This document shows, one piece after another, positions 9,607 through 19,758 of a stretch of 47,455 nt of DNA. The position numbers were made by a program, and so were the translations under genes. The stretch's first letter is position 1. Every line of letters starts with the position of its first letter. The stretch is from Tannerella sp. (GTDB lineage: Bacteria; Bacteroidota; Bacteroidia; Bacteroidales; Tannerellaceae), in the NCBI GenBank assembly GCA_031267935.1, contig JAIRYD010000180.1, forward strand, positions 1 through 47,455, given 5' to 3'. The notes below the pieces were generated by a model. That model saw nothing but the letters and a program-made list of their open reading frames with translations. It made no database searches and was not told the origin of the DNA.

Positions 9607-9664
9607 GTGACCGTTTATTTGCGGCGGCAAGGTACGACTTTTTTCGGAACAGCCTGCCCGAATC

Positions 9665-10417
9665 TCATCCCGTCGTCAACCATTTCTTGAAATGCGACGC
9701 TTTGTTCTTGCTGATGTAAATCCGTTCGGGGACATCGACGTCCAGCGTGATGAGCAGGCGGTTGTCGAACCAGATCGTGATATTTCGCACGCTGTCTTTC
9801 GAAATAATGAACTGCTTGTTTGCCCGGAAAAACATGGATGGGCTGAGCAAATCGAAAATACTGTCCAGCGTCTTGGTATAATGGAATTTGGAATGGTCTT
9901 TCAGCGCCACGCACGTATTGCCGCCGCTGCTGTAGAAATAGGAAATCTGGTTTACGTTAATGGGAATCAGTTCGTTGTTAGACGGGATCAACAGTTTGTC
10001 GGAATATTTATCCGAAAGAATCAGGCGCGAAAGATTCTTGAAACGATCGTGGAAAAGCGAATTTGTCAATTTGCGATATTTATCCAATGCGCGTCTTATC
10101 TCGTTCAATTCTATCGGCTTAAGCAGATAGTCGATGCTGTTCACCTTGAATGCTTCGATGGCATGCTCATCGTATGCGGTTGTAAACACTACCGGCGTAT
10201 CGACCGTGATTGCACCGAAAATATTGAACGCCGAGCCGTCGGAAAGATGGATGTCCATAAAAATCAAATCCGGCGCCGGATGGTTGCTTAACCACCTGAC
10301 AGTCTGGATTACACTTTCCGTATGACCTGAAAACTCCACCGTAGGATCGACCTCCGAAATAATGCTTTTCAGATTCTCGTAAGCAGCCGTTTCATCTTCA
10401 ACAATTAGCACGTTCAT
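9665..10417 (-). CDS. LytTR-family response regulator
   Basis: Receiver domain (IVEDE, FMDIHLSDG, FTTAYD, DYLLKP) plus LytTR domain (FFRANKQFII). Confidence 0.95.
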   Translation of the reverse strand: MNVLIVEDETAAYENLKSIISEVDPTVEFSGHTESVIQTVRWLSNHPAPDLIFMDIHLSDGSAFNIFGAITVDTPVVFTTAYDEHAIEAFKVNSIDYLLKPIELNEIRRALDKYRKLTNSLFHDRFKNLSRLILSDKYSDKLLIPSNNELIPINVNQISYFYSSGGNTCVALKDHSKFHYTKTLDSIFDLLSPSMFFRANKQFIISKDSVRNITIWFDNRLLITLDVDVPERIYISKNKASHFKKWLTTG

Positions 10418-10586
10418 ATATCCACTCTCTTATATTTCGTTCATACAAATATAGTCAAAAAAATAAATCTTATGTGATTTTTATTCATAAAAACGAAAAG
10501 AGCGCATTCATCGCGAAAAAAAGCCTGTCAAAATATAGATTTTCCTGGTTGAATAAGGAGGATTTTCCGTACTTTTGTAGAGATTT

Positions 10587-11618
10587 ATGAAAAAACGTAT
10601 GATAAAAAAATGGCTTGACAGACTTGATTCCGACAAAATATTGATAATAATCAGTTTAATGGCCGGAGCATTCATTATCTATCCGAAAATTATCGATTTG
10701 CATGCTGAATTGTCACGTATATCGACAAGAAGCGAGACAATCGAGCATGTTTCTTTTTTTATTTACCGCTATCTGTTTTTTTGTCTGCTCACATGGACGT
10801 TGCTGGCGGTAAACATGCGGGAACGAATGACGCAATTCTTCCCGAACCGTCTGCTCAAGACGGCTTTTATTACGGCCATTGCCTACGGCGTGTACGTGAT
10901 GATTTCGCTGCTGATAAGCAAGCATGTCGACTGTTTTACGGGATTGCTTCTTTTTCAGTTTGTGGTGACGTTTTTGATTTGCGCGTTCACGGGCTACGTG
11001 ATTGCCCTGTACGCCGAGCGGCGCGAGCGGGAAATGGAAATCGAACAGCTGAAAACCGAAAACCTGCAGAGTCGCTGCGAAGCGCTTGCCAACCAAATCA
11101 ATCCGCACTTTTTCTTTAATACGCTGAACAGTTTGTCCGCGCTTGTGCGATGCAACAAAAAAGAGCAAACGCTCGAATACATAAACAAACTCTCGGACGT
11201 GTTCCGGTACAGCCTGCAAAGCGACAAGAAAGGGCTGGTCGAACTGCGCGAAGAACTCGATTTCCTCGAGTCGTTCCGCTATCTGCAGGAAATACGTTAT
11301 GCCGACAATCTGTGTTTCGACATCCGTATCCCCGAATCGAAGAAATCCCGGCTGATACCTGTCCTCTCGCTACTGCCGCTGATTGGTAATATTGTCAAAC
11401 ACAATATTATAGATAGTGAAAATATGATGACCGTATCCGTATGGATCAACGAGGGAGACGAACTGGTGATTTCGAATCCGGTGCATCACAAACTCGAAAA
11501 TACGGACCGCAACGGCCTGGGACTAATCAATCTGGCCGACCGTTTCGAACTGCTCATGAACAAAAAGATAAGAATAGATAATAAAGACGGCGTTTTCAGC
11601 GTGTTTCTGCCGCTCTGA
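10587..11618 (+). CDS. LytS-type sensor histidine kinase
   Basis: N-terminal TM helices, H-box LANQINPHFFFNTLN, LREELDF, and G-box NGLGLINL. TACTTTTG lies just upstream. Confidence 0.9.
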   Translation: MKKRMIKKWLDRLDSDKILIIISLMAGAFIIYPKIIDLHAELSRISTRSETIEHVSFFIYRYLFFCLLTWTLLAVNMRERMTQFFPNRLLKTAFITAIAYGVYVMISLLISKHVDCFTGLLLFQFVVTFLICAFTGYVIALYAERREREMEIEQLKTENLQSRCEALANQINPHFFFNTLNSLSALVRCNKKEQTLEYINKLSDVFRYSLQSDKKGLVELREELDFLESFRYLQEIRYADNLCFDIRIPESKKSRLIPVLSLLPLIGNIVKHNIIDSENMMTVSVWINEGDELVISNPVHHKLENTDRNGLGLINLADRFELLMNKKIRIDNKDGVFSVFLPL

Positions 11619-11629
11619 ACGCGGGAATG

Positions 11630-11704
11630 TGAACTGTGCCGGGGTCGAACCGGCGACCTCCGCCCTGTCAAGGCGGCGCTCTGAACCAACTGAGCTAACA
11701 GTTC
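11630..11704 (-). tRNA. tRNA-Val (anticodon GAC)
   Basis: Acceptor stem GAACTGT/ACAGTTC+A, D-arm AGCTCAGTTGGTTCAGAGC, anticodon arm CCGCC-TTGACAG-GGCGG, T-loop GGTTCGACCCC. CCA is not encoded. Confidence 0.96.
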
Positions 11705-11780
11705 AACGATCTTTCGGGCACAAAAGTATAAAAAAAATTTCTTATCTTTGCCATCTCGCAGTAAAATAGAATAAAAAATT

Positions 11781-13256
11781 ATGGGACAGCTTTATAATTT
11801 GCATATATACAATACGTTGACGCGGCAGAAAGAGATCTTTACGCCGTTGCACGCCCCACATGTAGGGATGTATGTCTGCGGCCCGACGGTGTACGGCGAT
11901 CCGCACATGGGACACGCACGCTCGGCCGTTACCTTCGACGTGCTCTTCCGCTACCTCCGGCATGCAGGTTTCAAAGTACGTTATGTGCGCAATATCACGG
12001 ACGTAGGACATCTGGAACACGATGCCGACAGCGGCGAAGACAAGATTGCAAAAAAAGCGCGGCTCGAACAGGTAGAACCGATGGAAATTGTACAGTATTA
12101 TCTCATTCGCTATCAGGATGCAATGCGGTCGCTGAACGTATTGTCGCCGAGCATCGAACCGCATGCTTCGGGACATATCATTGAGCAAATCGCGCTCGTG
12201 AAGCAGATCCTCGACAATGGATACGCCTACGAAAGCAACGGCTCGGTCTATTTCGACGTGGTCGAATACAACCGGACGCATCGCTACGGAATCCTCTCGA
12301 ACAGAAATATCGACGAACTGATCAATACGACGCGCGACCTTGACGGACAGGAAGAAAAACGTAACTCCGTTGATTTTGCCCTCTGGAAAAAAGCACAGCC
12401 CGAACATATCATGCGCTGGCCTTCACCCTGGGGCGCCGGATTTCCCGGCTGGCATTGCGAATGTACGGCGATGGGACGGAAATATTTGGGCGAACAGTTT
12501 GACATCCACGGCGGAGGAATGGATTTGATATTTCCGCACCACGAATGTGAGATTGCCCAGGCCGTAGCGTCGCAGGGCAACGACAGCGTCCGCTACTGGA
12601 TGCATAACAACATGATAACCGTTAACGGACAGAAGATGGGTAAATCATTGGGAAACGCCATTTCGCTGGAAGAATTTTTTACCGGCAAGCATCCGATGCT
12701 CACGCAGGCGTATGCCCCGATGACGATTCGTTTCTTCATCCTCCAGGCACACTACCGCAGCACGCTCGATTTCAGTAACGAAGCATTGCAGGCTTCCGAA
12801 AAAGGACTGGAACGCCTGCTCGAAACGTACGCACGGTTGCAGAAACTGGCGCCCGCCGCCGCTTCATCGGTCAATGTGCAGGGACTGCGCGTGCGATGCG
12901 AAGAAGCGATGTGCGACGACCTGAACACGCCGGTCGTCATCTCGCATCTCTTCGAGGCAAGCAAAGCCGTCAACACGGTAGCTGACGGCAAGGCAACCCT
13001 TTCGGCCGAAGACCTCGACGAACTCAAGACGGCATTTGCCCTTTTTGTCGAAAACATCCTCGGACTGAAACAGGCCGATACCGGCGACGAAAAAAAACAG
13101 GAAGCATATCGGAATGCGGTCGACCTGCTGTTGCGCATCCGCCTGCAAGCGAAGCAAAATAAAGATTGGGCTACCTCAGACAAGATCCGCGACGAACTGG
13201 CTGCATACGGTTTTTCGGTCAAGGATACAAAAGACGGATTTGAATGGGGACTCTGA
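11781..13256 (+). CDS. cysS: Cysteine--tRNA ligase
   Basis: [12 protein letters not shown] (HIGH-like), [29 protein letters not shown]. Confidence 0.98.
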   Translation: MGQLYNLHIYNTLTRQKEIFTPLHAPHVGMYVCGPTVYGDPHMGHARSAVTFDVLFRYLRHAGFKVRYVRNITDVGHLEHDADSGEDKIAKKARLEQVEPMEIVQYYLIRYQDAMRSLNVLSPSIEPHASGHIIEQIALVKQILDNGYAYESNGSVYFDVVEYNRTHRYGILSNRNIDELINTTRDLDGQEEKRNSVDFALWKKAQPEHIMRWPSPWGAGFPGWHCECTAMGRKYLGEQFDIHGGGMDLIFPHHECEIAQAVASQGNDSVRYWMHNNMITVNGQKMGKSLGNAISLEEFFTGKHPMLTQAYAPMTIRFFILQAHYRSTLDFSNEALQASEKGLERLLETYARLQKLAPAAASSVNVQGLRVRCEEAMCDDLNTPVVISHLFEASKAVNTVADGKATLSAEDLDELKTAFALFVENILGLKQADTGDEKKQEAYRNAVDLLLRIRLQAKQNKDWATSDKIRDELAAYGFSVKDTKDGFEWGL

Positions 13257-13660
13257 CGATTCGGGATTTTTTCAGGAACGACGCTTTTGCGGCAGCGGCA
13301 GGTGTCGAACTGCTCGAGACAGGGAATGGATATGCCCGGGCGCGAATGGAAATCAAGCCGCTGCATCTCAATGGAGGAGGGGTCTGCCAGGGAGGTGCCG
13401 TCTTTACGCTCGCCGACCTCGTCTTTGCCGTCGCTACGAACAGCCATGCCAAATTGACGTTTTCCATCACTTCTTCCATTCAGATTTTCAAATCCGAAAA
13501 GTCGGGATACTTGTATGCCGAAGCGCGTGAAGTGTTTAATCACAGCCGTCTGTCGAATTGCGAAGTGCGCGTCACGAACGGGCAGGGCGAACTCGTCGCC
13601 ACCTTCAACGGAACGGGCTACCGCAAAGACGTCGCGCTGCCTTTTGATCCTATAGAATAA
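13244..13660 (+). CDS. PaaI-family thioesterase (intact)
   Basis: [18 protein letters not shown] hotdog-fold signature. Start overlaps the cysS end. Confidence 0.88.
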   Translation: MGTLTIRDFFRNDAFAAAAGVELLETGNGYARARMEIKPLHLNGGGVCQGGAVFTLADLVFAVATNSHAKLTFSITSSIQIFKSEKSGYLYAEAREVFNHSRLSNCEVRVTNGQGELVATFNGTGYRKDVALPFDPIE

Positions 13661-13683
13661 TAATCAACGAAATACAATACACA

Positions 13684-14703
13684 ATGAGAAGTTTTGCAAG
13701 CGACAACAATTCGGGCGTACATCCTTTGGTAATGAATGCCATCATCGAAGCGAACAGCGACCACACGCCCGGTTACGGTGACGACCCCTGGACGGAAGCC
13801 GCCGTGCGCAAGTTGAAAGACGTTTTCGGCGCAAATGCCGAACCGTTTATCGTTTTCAATGGGACGGGAGCCAACTCGGTTGCCCTGCAGGCCGTTACGC
13901 GGTCGTTCAACAGCATCGTATGCGCGCAGACAGCCCATATCTACGTGGACGAATGCGGCGCTCCGGCACGGATGACCGGTGCGACGGTAATCGCCGTGCC
14001 GACTTCCGACGGCAAACTGACGCCCGATCTTATCCGGCCTCATCTGCAGCATTTCGGCGTGTGTCATCATGCTTGTCCGAAAGCGGTATATATTTCGCAG
14101 GCGACCGAACTGGGTACGATTTATACCGTCGACGAAGTGAAAGCCATCGCCGACCTGCTTCATCCGCACGACATGTACCTGCATATGGACGGGGCGCGGC
14201 TGGCAAATGCCTGTGCGAGCCTCGACTGTTCGATAAGACAGCTGACGGTAGATGCCGGCGTCGACATTCTCAGTTTCGGAGGGACGAAGAACGGGATGAT
14301 GGCCGGCGAAGCCGTCGTCGCATTCCGCCCCGAAATAGCGGCGCATCTGGCCTATTTCAGAAAACAGTCCGCACAGCTTGCCTCGAAGATGCGTTATCTA
14401 TCCGCCCAGTTTGTGCCTTATCTGGAACACGAACTTTGGTGGCATAACGCCCGTCATGCCAATCGAATGGCGGCAAAGCTCGTCGACATCCTGCTGCAAT
14501 TCCCGCAAATCCGCCTGACGCAGAAACCGGAAACCAACCAACTGTTTTTCACCATGCCGCCCGAAGCTGCAAAAAAACTGGAAGAGAAGTATTTCTTCTA
14601 CTACTGGAACGAAGCCGCCTGCGAAATCCGTTTCGTCACCTCGTGGGATACGACGGACGACGACCTTGACCGGCTCGAGGAATCATTGAAGGAAATAATT
14701 TGA
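13684..14703 (+). CDS. ltaE: Low-specificity L-threonine aldolase (PLP-dependent)
   Basis: FASDNNSG, GTGAN, LHMDGARLANA, and SFGGTKNG containing the PLP lysine. Confidence 0.9.
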   Translation: MRSFASDNNSGVHPLVMNAIIEANSDHTPGYGDDPWTEAAVRKLKDVFGANAEPFIVFNGTGANSVALQAVTRSFNSIVCAQTAHIYVDECGAPARMTGATVIAVPTSDGKLTPDLIRPHLQHFGVCHHACPKAVYISQATELGTIYTVDEVKAIADLLHPHDMYLHMDGARLANACASLDCSIRQLTVDAGVDILSFGGTKNGMMAGEAVVAFRPEIAAHLAYFRKQSAQLASKMRYLSAQFVPYLEHELWWHNARHANRMAAKLVDILLQFPQIRLTQKPETNQLFFTMPPEAAKKLEEKYFFYYWNEAACEIRFVTSWDTTDDDLDRLEESLKEII

Positions 14704-14770
14704 AATGTAATGATTAAAATTTCAGGGTGATGTGCCTGGGCATGACCGGAAATTTTTGAATCGTCCTTTT

Positions 14771-15496
14771 ATGTTGAGCAAGACGCGGGGCATCGTGCTG
14801 CATTCCATACATTATAATGATAAATATGACATTGTACATATTTATACGGAATCCTTTGGACGTGCGTCATATCTGATTGCGCGGCAGCGGGGACGGAAAA
14901 GCCGTCTGTCGCATGCGCTGTTTATGCCGCTGTCCATAATCGAAATGGAAGTCGAGCATCAGCGTACGCGGGAAATGCAGCGCATACGCGAGGCGCGAAT
15001 CTGCATGCCGCTGAACAAGATCCCGGCGCATCCTGTAAAAAATTGTATCGCCCTGTTTCTGTCCGAAGTACTGTTTCGTACGGTACGCGCTCACGAATCT
15101 GATGCGCAATTATTTGACTATCTGCATAATTCCGTGCAGTGGCTGGAGGAAACGGACGAAGGCGTGGCCAATTTTCACCTTGTATTCCTCATTCAGTTTG
15201 TGCGTTACCTCGGCGTTTATCCGAACATCTCGTCATACAGGCCGGGTGGTTATTTCGACATGCTCAACGGTGTGTTCACCACAATTCCTCCGGAACACGG
15301 TCATTATCTCGATCGCGAGGAGAGTGTCGTTTTCTCGCGGCTGCTGCGGATGAACTATGCGAACATGGCGCTTTATGGTTTCTCGCGCGAAGAGCGTCAG
15401 CGCATTATCGGGCGTATACTGGAATACTATCGTATTCACATACCCGACTTTCCCGAGATCCGTTCATTGGCCGTCATGCAAAGTCTGTTCGAGTGA
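14771..15496 (+). CDS. recO: DNA repair protein RecO
   Basis: KTRGIVLHSIHY..DIVHIYTESFGR OB-fold start and a LEYYRIHIPDFPEIRSL C-terminus. ATG 14771 is preferred over GTG 14732. Confidence 0.9.
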   Translation: MLSKTRGIVLHSIHYNDKYDIVHIYTESFGRASYLIARQRGRKSRLSHALFMPLSIIEMEVEHQRTREMQRIREARICMPLNKIPAHPVKNCIALFLSEVLFRTVRAHESDAQLFDYLHNSVQWLEETDEGVANFHLVFLIQFVRYLGVYPNISSYRPGGYFDMLNGVFTTIPPEHGHYLDREESVVFSRLLRMNYANMALYGFSREERQRIIGRILEYYRIHIPDFPEIRSLAVMQSLFE

Positions 15497-16915
15497 AATG
15501 AGGTTCATTTCGGCAGCCTTGTGGTGCATGAATTGCAGCGCGGCAGCGCGGTCGTTGGGAATCACGCCATCCAGAATCGCGTTTTTGATCGCCTCCTTGA
15601 TGATCCCTACGGGTCGCGAAGGCGACAATCCGAATGTATCCATGATTTCCTCGCCGCTGACGGGCGGCTGAAAATTGCGCAGGCGATCTTTCTCTTCTAT
15701 CTGTACAAGTTTCTCGCGTACAAGCTGAAAGTTATGCAAAAAACGGCGTACCTTTTCGGGATTCTTGCTCGTGATGTCGGCTTCGCAAAGCAGCATCAGG
15801 TCGTCGATATCGTCTCCGGTATCGAAAAGCAAACGGCGAACGGCCGAATCGGTCACATCCTCGTCGACAAGCGCCGTCGGTCGCATGTGCAGATCGACCA
15901 TCTTCTGCACATATTTCATCTTCTCGTTCATCGGCAGTTTCAGGCGACGGAAAATGCCGGGCACCATCTTCGCACCTGCGATGTTGTGGTTGTGAAACGT
16001 CCATCCCAGACGGCGGTCGAAGCGTTTGGTCACGGGTTTTGCAATGTCGTGCAGAAGCGCGCTCCAGCGCAACCACAAGTCGTCGCTCGTCCGGCTCAGG
16101 CGGTCGAGTACCATCAGTGTGTGGGCAAAATTATCCTTGTGGCCGATGCCCTCCTTCGTTTCCACGCCCTTGAGCGCCGGCAATTCCGGAAGAATGAGTT
16201 CGAGCAATCCGCACGTGTCCAGCAATTCGAATCCAATCGAGGGCTTGGGCGAGAGGATGATTTTATTCAGCTCATCGGCAATGCGTTCGGCAGAAATAAT
16301 ATGAATGCGTTCACGGTTGCGTGTGATGGCGTCGAACGTGTCCGGATCGATGAAAAAGCCCAGTTGCGAGGCAAAGCGAATGGCGCGCATCATGCGGAGC
16401 GGGTCGTCACTGAAGGTTACATCCGGGTCGAGAGGCGCCGCAATGCGAAGCCGTTCGATGTCGCCAAGACCGTCGAAAGGATCTACGAGTTCGCCCAGCC
16501 GCTCCTTGTTCAGACAGAGCGCGAGGGCATTGATGGTGAAGTCACGGCGGTTTTGATCGTCTTCGATAGTGCCGTCTTCGACGACGGGCTTGCGGCTGTC
16601 GCGATTGTAGGACTCGCGTCGTGCGCCGACGAATTCGAGTTCCGTGTCATGCCATTTCACCTGCGCCGTACCAAAGTTGCGGAATACAGCCAGATGCGCA
16701 TCCTTGCCCAGCCGTTTTGCGACGGCTTCTGCCAGGCGGATGCCGCTGCCGACGGTGACGATGTCGATATCTTTCGACGGCCTGCGCAGGAAAATATCGC
16801 GTACGAACCCGCCGATAACGTAGGTCTCCATGTGCTGAGAATCGGCTATCTCCTTGACGGTTCTAAAAATAGGCGTATTAAGTTGGTGGATTATATCTTC
16901 TTCGCTGTAATACAT
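15464..16915 (-). CDS. cca: CCA tRNA nucleotidyltransferase / poly(A) polymerase family, with HD domain
   Basis: IGGFVRD, KDIDIV, RRDFTINA, DDPLRMMRAIRF, LLHDIAK. Start placed at ATG 16915, downstream of a TATCTTTG element. Confidence 0.92.
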   Translation of the reverse strand: MYYSEEDIIHQLNTPIFRTVKEIADSQHMETYVIGGFVRDIFLRRPSKDIDIVTVGSGIRLAEAVAKRLGKDAHLAVFRNFGTAQVKWHDTELEFVGARRESYNRDSRKPVVEDGTIEDDQNRRDFTINALALCLNKERLGELVDPFDGLGDIERLRIAAPLDPDVTFSDDPLRMMRAIRFASQLGFFIDPDTFDAITRNRERIHIISAERIADELNKIILSPKPSIGFELLDTCGLLELILPELPALKGVETKEGIGHKDNFAHTLMVLDRLSRTSDDLWLRWSALLHDIAKPVTKRFDRRLGWTFHNHNIAGAKMVPGIFRRLKLPMNEKMKYVQKMVDLHMRPTALVDEDVTDSAVRRLLFDTGDDIDDLMLLCEADITSKNPEKVRRFLHNFQLVREKLVQIEEKDRLRNFQPPVSGEEIMDTFGLSPSRPVGIIKEAIKNAILDGVIPNDRAAALQFMHHKAAEMNLISLEQTLHDGQ

Positions 16916-16970
16916 TTCTGGTTTGGTTGTCTTTTTTCGGGGCACAAAGATACGAACTTTCTTCCGAAAC

Positions 16971-17013
16971 AAAAAAACGCCTGTGCCGCGTTCGAAACGC
17001 AGCACCGGGCGTT
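16971..17013 (-). terminator. Intrinsic terminator after rprY
   Basis: On the minus strand: AACGCC-CG-GTGCTGCGTT-TCG-AACGCGGCAC-A-GGCGTT followed by a T-tract. Confidence 0.7.
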
Positions 17014-17088
17014 CTTGCCTTCTTATTGGAAATGCGCCGTTCGTTTGCCGGACAGCACATTTCCTTTAAGTCGGGTTTTGCAGGGCGT

Positions 17089-17817
17089 TTACAACACGAC
17101 TCCTTCTTCACGGGCCTGATCTTCGCTCGAAGGCGTGATCAGTTTGTAACCTTTGCCGTGAATATTGATGATCTCAATCTCGGGATCGTCTTTCAACAGT
17201 TTGCGCAGTTTGGTGATATACACATCCATACTCCGCGCGTTGAAATAGTTGTCGTCTACCCAGATGGTCTTCAGCGCATAGTTGCGCTCCAAAATTTCAT
17301 TGGCATGGGAACACAGCAGGCTGAGTAACTCGCATTCCTTGGTGGTCAACTTGGTCATCTTGTCGCTGATCGTCAATGTCTGTTTCTGCGTGTCGAACAT
17401 GAAATTGCCCAACTTGTAGAAAGGTACGTCTTTCAGTTTCTTGCCTTTTACGCGACGCAAAATGGCCTCGATACGAAGCAATAACTCTTCCATACTGAAC
17501 GGCTTGGTCAGATAGTCGTCCGCACCGAGTTTGAAGCCTTCCAGAATATCTTCCTTCATCGTTTTGGCCGTAAGGAAAATAATCGGTATGTCAGGATTCA
17601 TCGAGCGAATTTCCTGCGCCAGCGTAAATCCGTCCTTTTTGGGCATCATTACGTCCAGGACGCACAAATCATACGATCCTCCCGAAAAACCTTTAAAGCC
17701 GGCTTCTCCATCGGAGAACAAATCTGTCAAATAACCTTTTGCTTGTAAGTACTCTCTTAAAAGCATTCCCAAATTTTCATCATCTTCACAAAAGAAGATT
17801 TTCAACTTTTCTTCCAT
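17089..17817 (-). CDS. rprY: OmpR-family response regulator RprY
   Basis: MEEKLKIFFCEDDENLGMLLREYL...NARSMDVYITKLRK, characteristic of Bacteroidales RprY. Confidence 0.92.
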   Translation of the reverse strand: MEEKLKIFFCEDDENLGMLLREYLQAKGYLTDLFSDGEAGFKGFSGGSYDLCVLDVMMPKKDGFTLAQEIRSMNPDIPIIFLTAKTMKEDILEGFKLGADDYLTKPFSMEELLLRIEAILRRVKGKKLKDVPFYKLGNFMFDTQKQTLTISDKMTKLTTKECELLSLLCSHANEILERNYALKTIWVDDNYFNARSMDVYITKLRKLLKDDPEIEIINIHGKGYKLITPSSEDQAREEGVVL

Positions 17818-19370
17818 AATCTACTATTTTTAATGAGTGGTAAAGTAATAATAAATTTCGTTCCAATAAATCCATCTTCCTGTTCGGCGCGGATCGAGCC
17901 GCCGTGGTCTTCCACAATTTTACGTACATAAGCCAGACCCAGGCCGAAGCCTTTTACATCGTGCACATTTCCGGTCGGCACGCGGTAGAACCTGTCGAAA
18001 ATTTTTTTCAGGTATTCTTTTTTGATGCCTATGCCGTTGTCTTCGATGTGGATATATAATTTGCCACTGTCGTTTTTCGTCTGCATGATCAATCGTAGCG
18101 GGACTTCCGTCCGACGATATTTCACGGCATTGTCCAGCAGGTTGTACAACACATTTTCGAGGTGCATTTTGTCGGCATAGATAGTGGAATCATCCGCCTT
18201 CAGGTCGATTTGGATAGTTCCGCCATATTTTTCCACTTTCAGGGAGAAAGTCACTGCCACGCTCTCGACCAGTTCGTTTGCTTCCAGTTCCTTCAGTTTA
18301 AGTATGGCTCTCTGTTTTTCGAACAGGGAGATCTGGAGTACTTTTTCGACGAGAAAGCCCAGTCGCTTGCTTTCGTCGCCGATGATGCCCGATATATGTT
18401 GAAAGGCTTCGGGATTCTTCGCAAGGTCTGTGTCTTTGAGCATCTGAGCTGCGAGCGAAATGGTGGATACGGGGGTTTTCAGTTCGTGCGTCATGTTGTT
18501 CACAAAGTCGTTTTTCATTTCCGAGAGTTTTTTCTGACGGAAAATGATGTAGAGCGTAAACGAAAATGTCACCAGCAGAATGAGTGTGAACGCAACCGAA
18601 GGCGCCAAAAATGATGTGGAGCGCTGGATATAATCCTCTTTTGTAGGAAAATATATTTTCAAATAGTTTCGTTTCGACGGAGGATCGCCGGAGAAAAGCA
18701 CTTCCGTGATCAGGTCTGAAGCTTTCACGGTTTTCTCGAATTTTTCGTTCTGGTAAATAATCTGGCCGTCCCGGTTCATTACCATGAAAATGTAGGGTAA
18801 ATTTAACCCGTTATCCAGAAATTCGGATTTCAAATAACTGTTTAGTTTTGCAAAATCGATGCGTTCTTCAATCGGTTTCATGTACGCGGTATATACCATA
18901 TTGTAAGCCACATCCTCCAGCAGTTGTTTCTGATGCAGGTAGCGCAGCCATAAGCTTCGCTGATTTTCTTCCGATTTTTTTACGATGGCGTCTTTCGACG
19001 GCGAAGTCAGCATGTGGCTGCTGTTTTGTGTCTGACTAAATAAATCAAACTGTTTGAAAATACTTCCGGCGGTGTTTCCCTGAATATGCAACTGGTATTC
19101 GCTTTTTATCTGTATCGAACGGTTTATTTGCTGCTGATCGGGAGTGTTCTTGCGGGAAAAGATGTATTCGATATCCTCGTCCATATATTTCCGCGCCTCG
19201 TCATGCTCGAGCATGACGGAAACCTGCTCCAGGCAGCGTCTCACCGTCGTGTCAAACTGTTCGTTGCTCGTCTTGGAAATGACGCCAATATAGTAGACCT
19301 GCAAATAGATCAAACCTGCAAATGCAAATCCCATTACTACTGTTAGCAACCAAATCGTAGACTTTTTCAT
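17802..19370 (-). CDS. rprX: Sensor histidine kinase RprX
   Basis: MKKSTIW N-terminal TM, NNMTHELKTP, NLLDNAVKY, VKGFGLGLAYV. Adjacent to rprY. Confidence 0.88.
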   Translation of the reverse strand: MKKSTIWLLTVVMGFAFAGLIYLQVYYIGVISKTSNEQFDTTVRRCLEQVSVMLEHDEARKYMDEDIEYIFSRKNTPDQQQINRSIQIKSEYQLHIQGNTAGSIFKQFDLFSQTQNSSHMLTSPSKDAIVKKSEENQRSLWLRYLHQKQLLEDVAYNMVYTAYMKPIEERIDFAKLNSYLKSEFLDNGLNLPYIFMVMNRDGQIIYQNEKFEKTVKASDLITEVLFSGDPPSKRNYLKIYFPTKEDYIQRSTSFLAPSVAFTLILLVTFSFTLYIIFRQKKLSEMKNDFVNNMTHELKTPVSTISLAAQMLKDTDLAKNPEAFQHISGIIGDESKRLGFLVEKVLQISLFEKQRAILKLKELEANELVESVAVTFSLKVEKYGGTIQIDLKADDSTIYADKMHLENVLYNLLDNAVKYRRTEVPLRLIMQTKNDSGKLYIHIEDNGIGIKKEYLKKIFDRFYRVPTGNVHDVKGFGLGLAYVRKIVEDHGGSIRAEQEDGFIGTKFIITLPLIKNSRLWKKS

Positions 19371-19758
19371 ATTAGTTTATCTCATCAATTTAATTTGATG
19401 CAAATGTCGCATGTTTTAATTTAATATTCACATAATAAATGTAAAAAATTGACCCCTCAACTGTTAAATTTATTTACCTGGATGCGAAAAATAACACCGC
19501 ATTTAATGGTGTTTTATAATCATATCTCTGTTTAACAGTATATTAATTTATTTAATCGCCATTTCGCTAAAAAAACGTCTGCACTGTCCGATGGAAAAAG
19601 ATGGGCCGTACATCCGGGAAATAGCGAACCGGAAACCACAGCCGGTATTTGCCTTGAAAAAATATTTATGCGGCATTCCGATCAGAATGAAACGGCATAT
19701 TTCCGGCATGGAACAATTTTACAAAACCAATGCGGATCTCCCCCGTTCGACAGCCGCG

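Noticed and set aside
9133-11704. Island integrated at the tRNA-Val 3' end (paaI pseudogene plus LytTR/LytS)
   Set aside because: No integrase, and I could not find a duplicated tRNA 3' end on the far side.
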